64,000 nucleotides of DNA, taken from contig OZ076414.1 in NCBI GenBank assembly GCA_964187785.1, positions 27,652,001 to 27,716,000 of the forward strand, given 5' to 3'. Below are positions 50,693 through 62,765 of the stretch, one piece after another. The translations under genes were made by a program, and so were the position numbers. The first letter of the stretch is position 1, and the number at the start of each line of letters is the position of its first letter. This DNA comes from Amphiscolops sp. MND2022. Its lineage: Eukaryota. The notes beneath the pieces were generated by a model that saw only the letters and a list, made by a program, of their open reading frames with translations, ran no database searches and was not told where the DNA came from.

Positions 50693-51349
50693 TTGAGATT
50701 TTTTCATTTCTTCCTGAAACCACTCGATTGCTATAAACAACTTGCCAGTTGGCCTAGGGGCTAGGATGTACGTGGATTCGGATATCGCTTGGCCATAAAA
50801 ATTCTCATACTTGTAGTCCAATGTATTTTTCCGGCATGAGAAGTGGGAGTACATGGGTTTGAGACTTTTTCATTTCTTCCTGAAACTACTCGATTGCTAT
50901 AAACAACTTGCCAGTTGATCTAGGGGCTAGGATGTACGTAGATTCGGATATCACTTGGCCATAAAAATTCTCATACTTGTAGTCCATTGTGTTTTTCCGG
51001 CATGAGAAGTGGGAGTACATGGGTTTGAGACTTTTTCATTTCTCCCTGAAACTACTCGATTGCTATAAACAACTTGCCAGTTGATCTAGGGGCTAGAATG
51101 TACGTGGATTCGGATATCGCTTGGCCATAAAAATTCTCATACTTGTAGTCCATTGTGTTTTTCCGGCATGAGAAGTGGGAGTACATGGGTTTGAGACTTT
51201 TCATTTCTTCCTGAAACTACTCGATTGCTATAAACAACTTGCCAGTTGATCTAGGGGCTAGGATGTCCGTGCATTCGGATATCGCTTGGCTCATACTAGT
51301 AAGCCATTGTGTTTTTCCGGCATGAGAAGCAGGAGTACATGGGTTTGAG
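50693..51349. repeat. 166-bp tandem satellite, 4 copies
   Basis: GAGA(C/T)TTTT starts at 50695, 50861, 51027, 51193; last copy has a small deletion. Confidence 0.96.
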
Positions 51350-51829
51350 TCCCTCACTGAACCAAGTTTGTTTATGTTTGCAAAGGATCGTGGACATTTT
51401 TTTTTGAGCGAGAGACAACACTATATTATTGTAAAGGGATAGCTGACAGCTTACCATACAATAAGTGTAAATGACTTAGGCAAGCATAAGTAGTTTTCTC
51501 GAATTTCACCAACAATTTTGAGAAAGTAAGAAAGACACAGGTTTATTTGGTTCGGAAATCACGCCAGGTACTAGCTACTTGGATAGGAACTGCATTTGAC
51601 TCTTTTTCCAGATGAATTTTTAGTCGACTTTTGAATACATAAAGAATCACACTTGGATCTCGCATATGCAGCGGTAGTGAGTTCCACATCAGTGAAGTAT
51701 AGTGAAAAACGAAGAGTAAGAAGTTGAAACAGATGAAAAATTACCCATATAGATAGCTTGATTGGTACGGGAATTCCATCGATATGTTGCCGTAGGTAAT
51801 TTCAACTGATTTTGAAAAACTTTTTCTGA

Positions 51830-53480
51830 TTATTATTGTACTGAAAGAACTAAATCAGAACTTTGAACATAATCAAGTGACGAATACTTATTATACCTTT
51901 TTTTTATCAATTCATAAGATGACTTGATGTTTGAACGAAAAATGACGCTCTTCAAAGCCCAATTCATCCATTTTCCTAGTGAGAGCAATAAAGAAGAACT
52001 AACTTTGAAGAAAAACAGAAGAGAATAGTTCAGGTGACTCATCACAAGTGCATGGAAAAACATTAGAAGTACTTGTGCTGGGAACCTGTGCTGCACAGTT
52101 TCAACAGTTTATAAGCCGACTGTCATAATTCTTAGCATCTTTTTAACTTGTGTTTGGAATCCAAGGTGTTTCTCAATGGTTACAGCTAAGTATTTGCAAT
52201 GGTCTGACTTCTTCACTATGGTGGAGCCTACAATAACTGTCTCTAAGTCGTTGAGGCGTTAATCATTTTTGAGGGAGAAGGTGATGAATTCTGTTTTATT
52301 TGCAATCAAATTCGGTTTGTTGAGACAAAAGTATTCTTCTAACTCATATAAATTGTCTTATAATATTTCAAGAGCAGTCTCGGATTTTTTCTCACTACAA
52401 AAGTTTCCAAGAAGATTCTCCTTGTTTTTTTTCACGACAGACGATAATTTTGATCGTAGTTTACTATAAGCAGACCAATTTTCGCGTAATGAAATCTTGG
52501 AGTGTTCTTCATAGGCCAGCTGCCGTTCACGTACTAAGCTTTTGCATTCCTCGTCAAACCACGTCTCTTGGAAAAGTTTCGGAGTTCTTTTCTTCAGGAA
52601 CACGTTTTTGAAAGGAGCATGCTTTTCCAGGGCACTTGATAGCAAACAAACAAACATATTGAACATATCACTAGCACTTGAGCATTAATAGATTTCGGAC
52701 CATGGATTATCTGACAATGTTTGGCAAAAAGCATCCTTTACATATTTTGTATTATCAAATCGGGGTAGCCTTATGCACTTTTGTTTACACGCACTTACTT
52801 ATGTGAACAATACAGAGCAGAAATGATCAGTTTTGAAGGGAGTGACAAAAAGAAAACTTTTTTCATCATCAATATTTTCAGCTAGTTTGTAATCAATGTT
52901 GGTGTTTGTGGACTTGCTCACCCGAGTTGGTGAAAATAGAGAAGCTACTGCAATCCCATAAGGTAACACTACTGTGTCCTGATTTTCTTTTTCAAGGAAA
53001 GTGAGGTAATCCAAGTTAAAGTCACCCATAAGCGTTATACCCATGAAAGATTCACAAGATTCATTATGAAGGTTTGTCAATAATTGTTCGAGGAAATCAA
53101 TTTGAAATTTCTTCAGGGGATTGTAAGATATATTCAAGAGTAATTTAGACTTGCAGTGCTTCGAAAAATTACAGGGACACTCTACCCATAGCGATTCAAA
53201 AGTTGAGGTATCGAAAAGATTCAAATCATCACGTTCGCTGGGAGATAGTTTCAAGTGTACAAAAAGCATTACTACTCCACCCTTCTTCTTACAGTTAGTT
53301 GAACTTCTGTCGCATCTGAAATGTTCATAAGTTTTCGGAGCTACCTTCCATGAAGATATTTCACCGTTGGGAGTAAGCCAACTTTCAGAAATCCCAATTT
53401 TAAAAAAAGAAAACACTTTCTTGAGAAAGTCGTTTTGTCAAAGAGTACCGGAAAGGGAAATAGCGTTTTGCGAACTTAGA
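51830..53480 (-). pseudogene. CR1/L2-type non-LTR retrotransposon ORF2 remnant (AP endonuclease, linker, RT C-terminus)
   Basis: GISESWL, FRCDR, KGGVV, LMGDFNLD, PTRVS, DHF (52799-53416); LEKHAPFK...WFDEECK linker; NKTEFITF, CKYLAVTIEKHLGF, SHLNYS. Confidence 0.88.
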
Positions 53481-54137
53481 GAGTCTCAATTCGGGTTTTT
53501 CGGCACTACGAAGTTTTTTTCGGAAAGAAAAAACTTTTGATACTTTTTTTTCGAAAGTTGAATTTTCCGATGCTTCGATGATTTTTGTAAGATTTTTGTA
53601 ATTACGGTAGCTTCACCTATCGTTTGAGAATAGCTCCACTACCACTCAATCAAACCCGTAGGTACCATACACGAGACAAGGACTGGCTGAGTATCTACAT
53701 AAATTTATTAACATCGACTGCAAAGAAGAATCCGTGAAATCGAAGACGGTGGTAGTACGTGTGACGAGGAAATCACGTTCCTTTTACAAATTTGCTAACT
53801 TGCCATCTTTTGGGGCTGTCTCGCTACTCTTGAGCTGTTAGAGGAGTCTTTTCACTAGTGAAAAGGTGCGGTTTGAAAGTCAATTAATATACATCAAATA
53901 GATAGGGCGATTAATAGACACAAACACAAGTTCACATCCACGAATAATAGAATGGATAATATGAGGACATCGTTAATAGCGGAGAATAACACGGATTACA
54001 ATAGGAGGCATGGAATAGGTTCCAGCAAGGTTAGTGGTAGTATCCGTGAGGATGGGGTGTGATATCGAAGATATCGAAAAGATCATCTCGCCGCAAAATC
54101 TCTCTCGGTCTTGGAGTGAAACGTTTAATAACTACCG

Positions 54138-54307
54138 GTGTATTCGTAGGCCACCCAGCCTGTACGGTGTATTCGTAGGCCACTCAGCCTGTAGGGTTTT
54201 GGCATCTCGGTGTATTCGTAGACCACTCAGCCTGTATCGGGGTCAGTGTATTCGTAGGCCATTGAGCCTGGTTTGGGGTCAGTGTATTCGTAGGCCACTG
54301 CGCCTGT
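54138..54307. repeat. Five copies of a 26-bp core with short variable spacers
   Basis: GTGTATTCGTAGGCCACTCAGCCTGT-like cores at 54138, 54167, 54210, 54246, 54282. Confidence 0.92.
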
Positions 54308-56121
54308 TACGATCGGATCACTACCGGACGCAAAGCAGCAAACCGTTCTCTAGATTTCAAATCACTTTGTGTGTCGCAAAAATGGCGCACACTTCGTTCA
54401 AAATTACTTTTTTGGAAGTTCAGTCACTTAGTATTCGTAATTCGTCATCATTCCTTTATTTGTGCCTGACTAAGTGTTGAGTAAGACAGTTCTCCCTACT
54501 TCGGTACTAAAAATTCATCAAGAAAACATTTTCTCATCACGAGTTAGTCCTGGTTCCACCTCCTTGTCAATCATGACTAGTTGTCTCACTTCGTTTTCAA
54601 TAGAATTTAAGGGGAGGTGTCACTGACTCATTTTTTTCCACTTTTGTAAGCACGACTTGAACTTCAGCTTACTGATTGACATTTGCAGTTTTTGCCAGGT
54701 CTCTTTTTCCCACACGACCCCTGACAACTCTCTCCAAATGGATCTGGCTGAAGGAAAAAGTTTTCCACGATTTACAATGACCTAAAAGGCTATTTTAATT
54801 CCTGTCCTGAAAAGTCGATTTTTGGAATACGCATTCAAAGGCAAAAACTAGGTGTTCAGGATTGCCGGGGCCAAAACTAAGCACACCCTCTAAAAGAACA
54901 TCTGATGGGCTACAAAAATGCGTGGATTCATTATCTTTCTATTTTAACTCCTTCACGGTGAAAAACGCCCTGGAAGTACAGTAGCGAAAAATCACGTTTT
55001 GACATTTGCTGAATTCTCAACTTTGGAGGGCTTGTACTCATCCAATTCAAAAGATACAGGGTGGGGACCTATATACAACGCTAGCCCAAGCTTAGAAAAG
55101 TATTTTGCACTTTAAAGAAGGTCTCTAGCTTGCTTCAACAATTATTGGTGACGGTTTTTCTAAAAGAGGTCATTTTTCGAATTTTGGTGACATGACTTTC
55201 AACTTTGACGGTCAATTTCTCAACACCAGGGCATTTTTCGGGAAAATGCTTTCACCAAACACTGTGCGCCAGACTCTTGTGCGTCTACCCTGAAAATTTC
55301 AGCTCGATATCTTCCAAAACGTACGGAGGGGAAGTTCGCATTTTGGTAGGTCGACATCCCTATGAGCAGATAAAAATTACAACTTTAAATTCTTAGAGGT
55401 TCTTCGCTAGCGCGCGGCAGCACTGTATTTATTATTCTATGCACTCCTCCATTTCAATTCTCAAGTACGCTGTGAAGGGGGCGGCTATTGTGCGCTTCTA
55501 CATTGAGTACTAAACGATAGCATGCGAAAAACAGCTTTTTAGGCCATTTTGGGGCCATTTTTAACGTTTGCTGGGTCAAATCTCAGAAACTAATGAATAT
55601 TATTTATTTTCCATTTAACACAAGTTAGGACATTCATTTATCTTCAACGTAAGACATATGCGAACATTTTCTGACAACTGTAGCGATCACACGAAATTTT
55701 TAAAGGAAACTCACTTTTGGGAAATCGTCAAAATTTCATACGAACTTATTTTCAACGCTTCACCCTAATATGTTCTCGTCGTCGCACCGGGTTCATACTC
55801 TCAACTTGAACTCTCCTTTGGACGGGCTATCAAATGCTGAAAACCGTTTGTTGATATCTTTTTCCGTCTTTGAGAAATCGCGTTTTGATTTTTAATTTAC
55901 ATTAAGAGTGGGATAATTCCAAAGTGTCGGCGGCCGTTTTCTTTTCAACTATGCGTACAGCCACCCACAGCGCGTTCTCATTTTCATTCCATTTGCTTGC
56001 TGACACGCTTTGTTGAGTTGCATTCTATGCTTAAACCGCTCACTGTGAAGTTTCACACCTAGCCACTCTCATTTACACGTGTTAACATAGCAATTCCGCT
56101 AACATTCTATACATCGTGAAA

Positions 56122-57078
56122 ATGGCTTCTTCATCTAATTCCCGTTCATTAAAGTACTCTACTGATTACTCAACACGTAGTCAAGGCGTGGTTGAACGTA
56201 TGAGTGATATTTATACTGGTTTTATTAACAATGATAATGTTTCTGATTTCAATTTAATTCATGACCTTTGGCCGCGTTTCCCTTACTATTTCCCCTGCTA
56301 ATTTTAACTCAATTTCTCCCTCGCAACCATGTATTCTTGCTGGAGTAAAGACGGAGCCTAGAGGCATTTTAAAGCACGTTTCTGACCAGCCTAACTTAAC
56401 TTGGACCGATTTAGAAAAGATTTCGGAGCCCCCTTTAATTAATATTACGAAAGGACCAGAGTATTCTGTAACTCGTGAATTTATTATTTCAATGCAGGGT
56501 GATATGGATTTTGTTGACTGTGTTACTTCTTTTTCATTTGTAGACCAGATCCTGACTAGTAGTATAGGTTTGTTAATACAGGGCCCTTGGTTTTCGTATG
56601 CGCATATTGAAGTTCCACCACTACCAATCGGTCTTCCCGCTTATTGGAACGATGTTGTAATAATGCGAATAACTTCATTAATTTCTTTCAAAGGGGGCCG
56701 CGTGAAAAGGAGGCGAAATATTTGGAAATTACCATTCAACGGCCGGGTGACCTAATTTATGTTCACAGTTTGCGGGCTCATGCGGTGTTAACTCTAGACT
56801 CAGGCAGGCCAACAATTTTATCTGGTTGGGATGCTTCGACGATCGTGGATTCTAATTTAATTACGCGGACTTTAGACGAATACAACGTGGGGGTACGACG
56901 TGGCACTTGGAGAAAAATTTTACGGATACAGGGTAGGGAGGAATTACGCAAATGGGTATTTTCGCCAGCAAAGGGCCCTCAAACCTCAAAAGAACAACTT
57001 GTCAAACACTGGACGTATTGGGAGGCATATTTTCTCATCTACTTAATAATTTGTCTCTTTAATGCTATTGTGTACTAA
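56122..57078 (+). pseudogene. JmjC-domain 2OG/Fe(II) dioxygenase pseudogene, copy 1
   Basis: GPWFSYAHIE and QRPGDLIYVHSLRAHAVLTL motifs; N-terminal frameshift and a 52-nt deletion after HIEV. Confidence 0.8.
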
Positions 57079-58937
57079 CTTGATATCACACCCGGTTGGT
57101 CTAATGTAACCTTGCTGATTAATAAAATTTTACATAAACATCATAAAATAAATGAAAAGGTCAAAAATCCTACAATTTTTTTGGCACTGCAAATTTGATA
57201 GTTTTTTTCCATTCTAGAGTCCCATCGCATAATCAAAACACTTTTTTCAACTTTGAGCTGGGAGCCGACTTGTGCTGTTGGCCGCTTGTATTATTTTGTA
57301 TTTCCATTGAAGCGGCGTTTCTCCAGTGTGAAACAGTTGCTGCTCCGATGAAGAGTCATTTTTTTAAATACATCGTGCCCCTGTGCGCGAAACGAACTCG
57401 GTACCACTAGGGTTTTTTGTTTCGAAAAAGGTTCCGGCAGAATGTCTCAATTTACTAATAATATTATAAAAAACGTTATGCGTGTTTTTCTAATTGAAAT
57501 ATTGAAAAAAAAAACATTCAAAGTAAGTATTATTATAAAAAGCTCCAAATAAAATCACATTTGGAGTTTGCTGATTTGTATATATTTTGTAAAAATGTTT
57601 TCAATTTTAAATAACATTTTGTGAATTAACCCATAGAGTTTCGAATAAAAACTGCTAGAAAAACTTGAAGATTTCTGATCTTTTTTTGTGTCTATTTGTC
57701 GGGTTTTGTATCAATTAAATAAATTTTTTGTGGAGGTTTAAGGTGGCTCGGAATTTTGGTTTTCTTGCTTCCTTGTTTTTTAGGAAATTCTGTAAACTGC
57801 TTGGAGATTTTCTAAAGTGCATGGATATGTTTTGAGTTTTCTAGAAACAGCTTGGAAGTTTCACCAAATTTTTCTATGCAGATTCTCTGTGGGACCTATA
57901 TACAACGCTAGCCCAAGCTAAGAGGAGTCTTTTGCACTTTAAATGACGTCCCTAGCTTGCTTCAACAGTTATTGGTGACGGTTTTTCTAAAAGAGGTCAT
58001 TTTTCGAATTTTGTTGACATGACTTTTAACTTTGACGGTCAATATCTCAACACCAGGGCATTTTTCTGAAAAACGCTTCTGCTAAACGCTGTGCGCCAGA
58101 CGCTTGTGCGTCTACCCTGAAAGTTTCAGGTCGATATCTTCCAAAACGTGCGGGGGGGAAGTTCGCATTTTGGTAGGTCGACATCCCTATGAGCAGATAA
58201 AAATTACAATTTTAAATTCTTGGAGCTTCTTCGCTAGCGCGCGGCAGCACTGTATTTACTATTATATGCACTCCTCCATTTCAATTCTCAAGTACGCTGT
58301 GAACGGGGAGGCTATTGTGCGCTTCTACATTGAGTACTACGCGAAAAACAGCTTTTTAGGCCATTTGGGGCCATTTTTAACGCTTGCTGGGTCAAAACTC
58401 AGAAACAAATGAATATTATTTATTTTCCATTTAACACAAGTTAGGACATTCATTTATCTTTAACGTAAGCCATATGCGAACATTTTCTGACAACTGTAGC
58501 GATCACACGAAATTTTTAAAGGAAACTCACTTTTGGGAAATCGTCAAAATTTCATACGAACTTATTTTCAACGCTTCACCCTAATATGTTCTCGCCGTCG
58601 CACCGGGTTAATACTCTCAACTTGAACTCTCCTTCGGACGGGCTATCAAATGCTGAAAACGGTTTGTTGATATCTTTTTTCATCTTCGAGAAATCGCGTT
58701 GTGATTTTTAATTTACATTAAGAGTGGGATAATTCCAAAGTGTCGGCGGCCGTTTTCTTTTTAGCTATGCGTACAGCCACTCACAGCGCGTTCTCATTTT
58801 CATTCCATTCGCTTGCTGACACGCTTTGTTGAGTTGCATTCTATGCTTAAACCGCTCACTAGGAAGTTTCACACCTAGCCACTCTCATTTACACGTGTTA
58901 ACATTGCAATTCCGTTAACATTCTATTCATCGTGAAA

Positions 58938-59893
58938 ATGGCTTCTTCATCTAATTCCCGTTCATTAAAGTACTCTACTGATTACTCAACACGTAGTCAA
59001 GGCGTAGTTGAACGTATGAGTGATATTTATACTGGTTTTATTAACAATGATAATGTTTCTGATTTCAATTTAATTCACGACTTTTGGCCGCCACTTCCCC
59101 TGCTAATTTTAACTCAATTTCTCCCTCGCAGCCATGTATTCTTGCTGGAGTAAATACGGAGCCTAGAGGCATTTTAAAGCACGTTTCTGACCAGCCTAAT
59201 TTAACTTGGACCGATTTAGAAAAGATTTCGGAGCCCCCTTTAATTAATATTTTGAAAGGACCAGAGTATTCTGTAACTCGTGAATTTATTAATTCTATGC
59301 AGGGTGATATAGATTTCGTTGACTGTGTTACTTCTTTTTCATTTGTAGACCAGATCCTGACTAGTAGTGTAGGTTTGTTAATACCGGGCCCTTGGTTTTC
59401 GTATGCGCATATTGAAGTTGGTGGAGGCGCTTCTTATGCTCTCTTGCATACGGGAAATAAGATCTAGTGTTCTACCACTACCAATCGGTCTTCCCGCTTA
59501 TTGGAACGATGTTGTAATAATGCGAATAACTTCATTAATTTCTTTCAAAGGGGGCCGCGTGAAAAGGAGGCGAAATATTTGGAAATTACCATTCAACGGC
59601 CGGGTGACCTAATTTATGTTCACAGTTTGCGGGCTCATGCGGTGTTAACTCTAGACTCAGGCAGGCCAACAATTTTATCTGGTTGGGATGCTTCGACGAT
59701 CGTGGATTCTAATTTTATTACGCGGACTTTAGACGAATACAACGTGGGGGTACGACGTGGCACATTTTACGGATACAGGGTAGGGAGGAATTACGCAAAT
59801 GGGTATTTTCGCCAGCAAAGGGCCCTCAAACCTCAAAAGAACAACTTGTCAAACACTGGACGTATTGGGAGGCATATTTTCTCATCTACTTAA
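58938..59893 (+). pseudogene. JmjC pseudogene, copy 2
   Basis: HIE, YALLHTGNKI*(TAG at the expected Trp), QRPGD...HAV; N-terminal frameshift; private 10-nt deletion. Confidence 0.82.
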
Positions 59894-61783
59894 TAATTTG
59901 TCTCTTTAATGCTATTGTGTACTAACTTGATATCACACCCGGTTGGTCTAATGTAACCTTGCTGATTAATAAAATTTTACATAAACATCATAAAATAAAT
60001 GAAAAGGTCAAAAATCCTACAATTTTTTTGGCACTGCAAATTTGATAGTTTTTTTCCATTCTAGAGTCCCATCGCATAATCAAAACACTTTTTTCAACTT
60101 TGAGCTGGGAGCCGACTTGTGCTGTTGGCCGCTTGTATTATTTTGTATTTCCATTGAAGCGGCGTTTCTCCAGTGTGAAACAGTTGCTGCTCCGATGAAG
60201 AGTCATTTTTTTTAAATACATCGTGCCCCTGTGCGCGAAACGAACTCGGTACCACTAGGGTTTTTTGTTTCGAAAAAGTTTCCGGCAGAATGTCTCAATT
60301 TACTAATAATATTATATAAAACGTTATGCGTGTTTTTCTAATTGAAATATTGGAAAAAAACATTCAAAGTAAGTATTATTATAAAAAGCTCCAAATAAAA
60401 TCACATTTGGAGTTTGCTGATTTGTATATATTTTGTAAAAATGTTTTCAATTTTAAATAACATTTTGTGAATTAACCCATAGAGTTTCGAATAAAAACTG
60501 CTAGAAAAATTTGAAGATTTCTGATCTTTTTTTGTGTCTATTTGTCGGGTTTTGTATCAATTAAATAAATTTTTTGTGGAGGTTTAAGGTGGCTCGGAAT
60601 TTTGGTTTTCTTGCTTCCTTGTTTTTTAGGAAATTCTGTAAACTGCTTGGAGATTTTCTAAAGTGCATGGATATGTTTTGAGTTTTCTAGAAACAGCTTG
60701 GAAGTTTCACCAAATTTTTCTATGCAGATTCCCTGTGGGACCTATATACAACGCTAGCCCAAGCTAAGAGGAGTCTTTTGCACTTTAAATGACGTCCCTA
60801 GCTTGCTTCAACAGTTATTGGTGACGGTTTTTCTAAAAGAGGTCATTTTTCGAATTTTGTTGACATGACTTTTAACTTTGACGGTCAATATCTCAACACC
60901 AGGGCATTTTTCTGAAAAACGCTTCTGCTAAACGCTGTGCGCCAGACGCTTGTGCGTCTACCCTGAAAGTTTCAGGTCGATATCTTCCAAAACGTGCGGG
61001 GGGGAAGTTCGCATTTTGGTAGGTCGACATCCCTATGAGCAGATAAAAATTACAATTTTAAATTCTTGGAGCTTCTTCGCTAGCGCGCGGCAGCACTGTA
61101 TTTACTATTATATGCACTCCTCCATTTCAATTCTCAAGTACGCTGTGAACGGGGAGGCTATTGTGCGCTTCTACATTGAGTACTACGCGAAAAACAGCTT
61201 TTTAGGCCATTTGGGGCCATTTTTAACGCTTGCTGGGTCAAAACTCAGAAACAAATGAATATTATTTATTTTCCATTTAACACAAGTTAGGACATTCATT
61301 TATCTTTAACGTAAGCCATATGCGAACATTTTCTGACAACTGTAGCGATCACACGAAATTTTTAAAGGAAACTCACTTTTGGGAAATCGTCAAAATTTCA
61401 TACGAACTTATTTTCAACGCTTCACCCTAATATGTTCTCGCCGTCGCACCGGGTTAATACTCTCAACTTGAACTCTCCTTCGGACGGGCTATCAAATGCT
61501 GAAAACGGTTTGTTGATATCTTTTTTCATCTTCGAGAAATCGCGTTGTGATTTTTAATTTACATTAAGAGTGGGATAATTCCAAAGTGTCGGCGGCCGTT
61601 TTCTTTTTAGCTATGCGTACAGCCACTCACAGCGCGTTCTCATTTTCATTCCATTCGCTTGCTGACACGCTTTGTTGAGTTGCATTCTATGCTTAAACCG
61701 CTCACTAGGAAGTTTCACACCTAGCCACTCTCATTTACACGTGTTAACATTGCAATTCCGTTAACATTCTATTCATCGTGAAA

Positions 61784-62765
61784 ATGGCTTCTTCATCTAA
61801 TTCCCGTTCATTAAAGTACTCTACTGATTACTCAACACGTAGTCAAGGCGTAGTTGAACGTATGAGTGATATTTATACTGGTTTTATTAACAATGATAAT
61901 GTTTCTGATTTCAATTTAATTCACGACTTTTGGCCGCCACTTCCCCTGCTAATTTTAACTCAATTTCTCCCTCGCAGCCATGTATTCTTGCTGGAGTAAA
62001 TACGGAGCCTAGAGGCATTTTAAAGCACGTTTCTGACCAGCCTAATTTAACTTGGACCGATTTAGAAAAGATTTCGGAGCCCCCTTTAATTAATATTTTG
62101 AAAGGACCAGAGTATTCTGTAACTCGTGAATTTATTAATTCTATGCAGGGTGATATAGATTTCGTTGACTGTGTTACTTCTTTTTCATTTGTAGACCAGA
62201 TCCTGACTAGTAGTGTAGGTTTGTTAATACCGGGCCCTTGGTTTTCGTATGCGCATATTGAAGTTGGTGGAGTCGCTTCTTATGCTCTCTTGCATACGGG
62301 AAATAAGATCTAGTGTTCTACCACTACCCATCGATCTTCCCGCTTATTGGAACGATGTTGTAATAATGCGAATAACTTCATTAATTTCTTTCAAAGGGGG
62401 CCCGTGAAAAGGAGGCGAATTACTCAAAATTTACCATTCAACGGCCGTGTGACCTACTTTATATTCACAGTTTGCGGGCTCATGCGGTGTTAACTCTAGA
62501 CTCAGGTAGGCCAACAATTTTATCTGGTTGGGATGCTTCGACGATCGTGGATTCTAATTTTATTACGCGGACTTTAGACGAATACAACGTGGGGGTACGA
62601 CGTGGCACCTGGAGAAAAATTCTACGGACACAGGGTAGGGAGGAATTACGCAAATGGGTATTTTCGCCAGCAAAGGGCCCTCAAACCTCAAAAGAACAAC
62701 TTGTCAAACACTGGACGTATTGGGAGGCTTATTGTCCCCATCTACTTAATAGTTTGTCTCTTTAA
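61784..62765 (+). pseudogene. JmjC pseudogene, copy 3
   Basis: Same motifs, same frameshift and TAG; additional lesions near 62400-62460. Confidence 0.8.

Noticed and set aside
50645-50854. ORF within the 166-bp satellite
   Set aside because: Unit length is not a multiple of three and other copies contain stops.
59075-59100. Programmed -1 frameshift joining the JmjC N-terminus to the body
   Set aside because: No canonical X XXY YYZ slippery heptamer, and downstream stops or deletions show the copies are pseudogenes.
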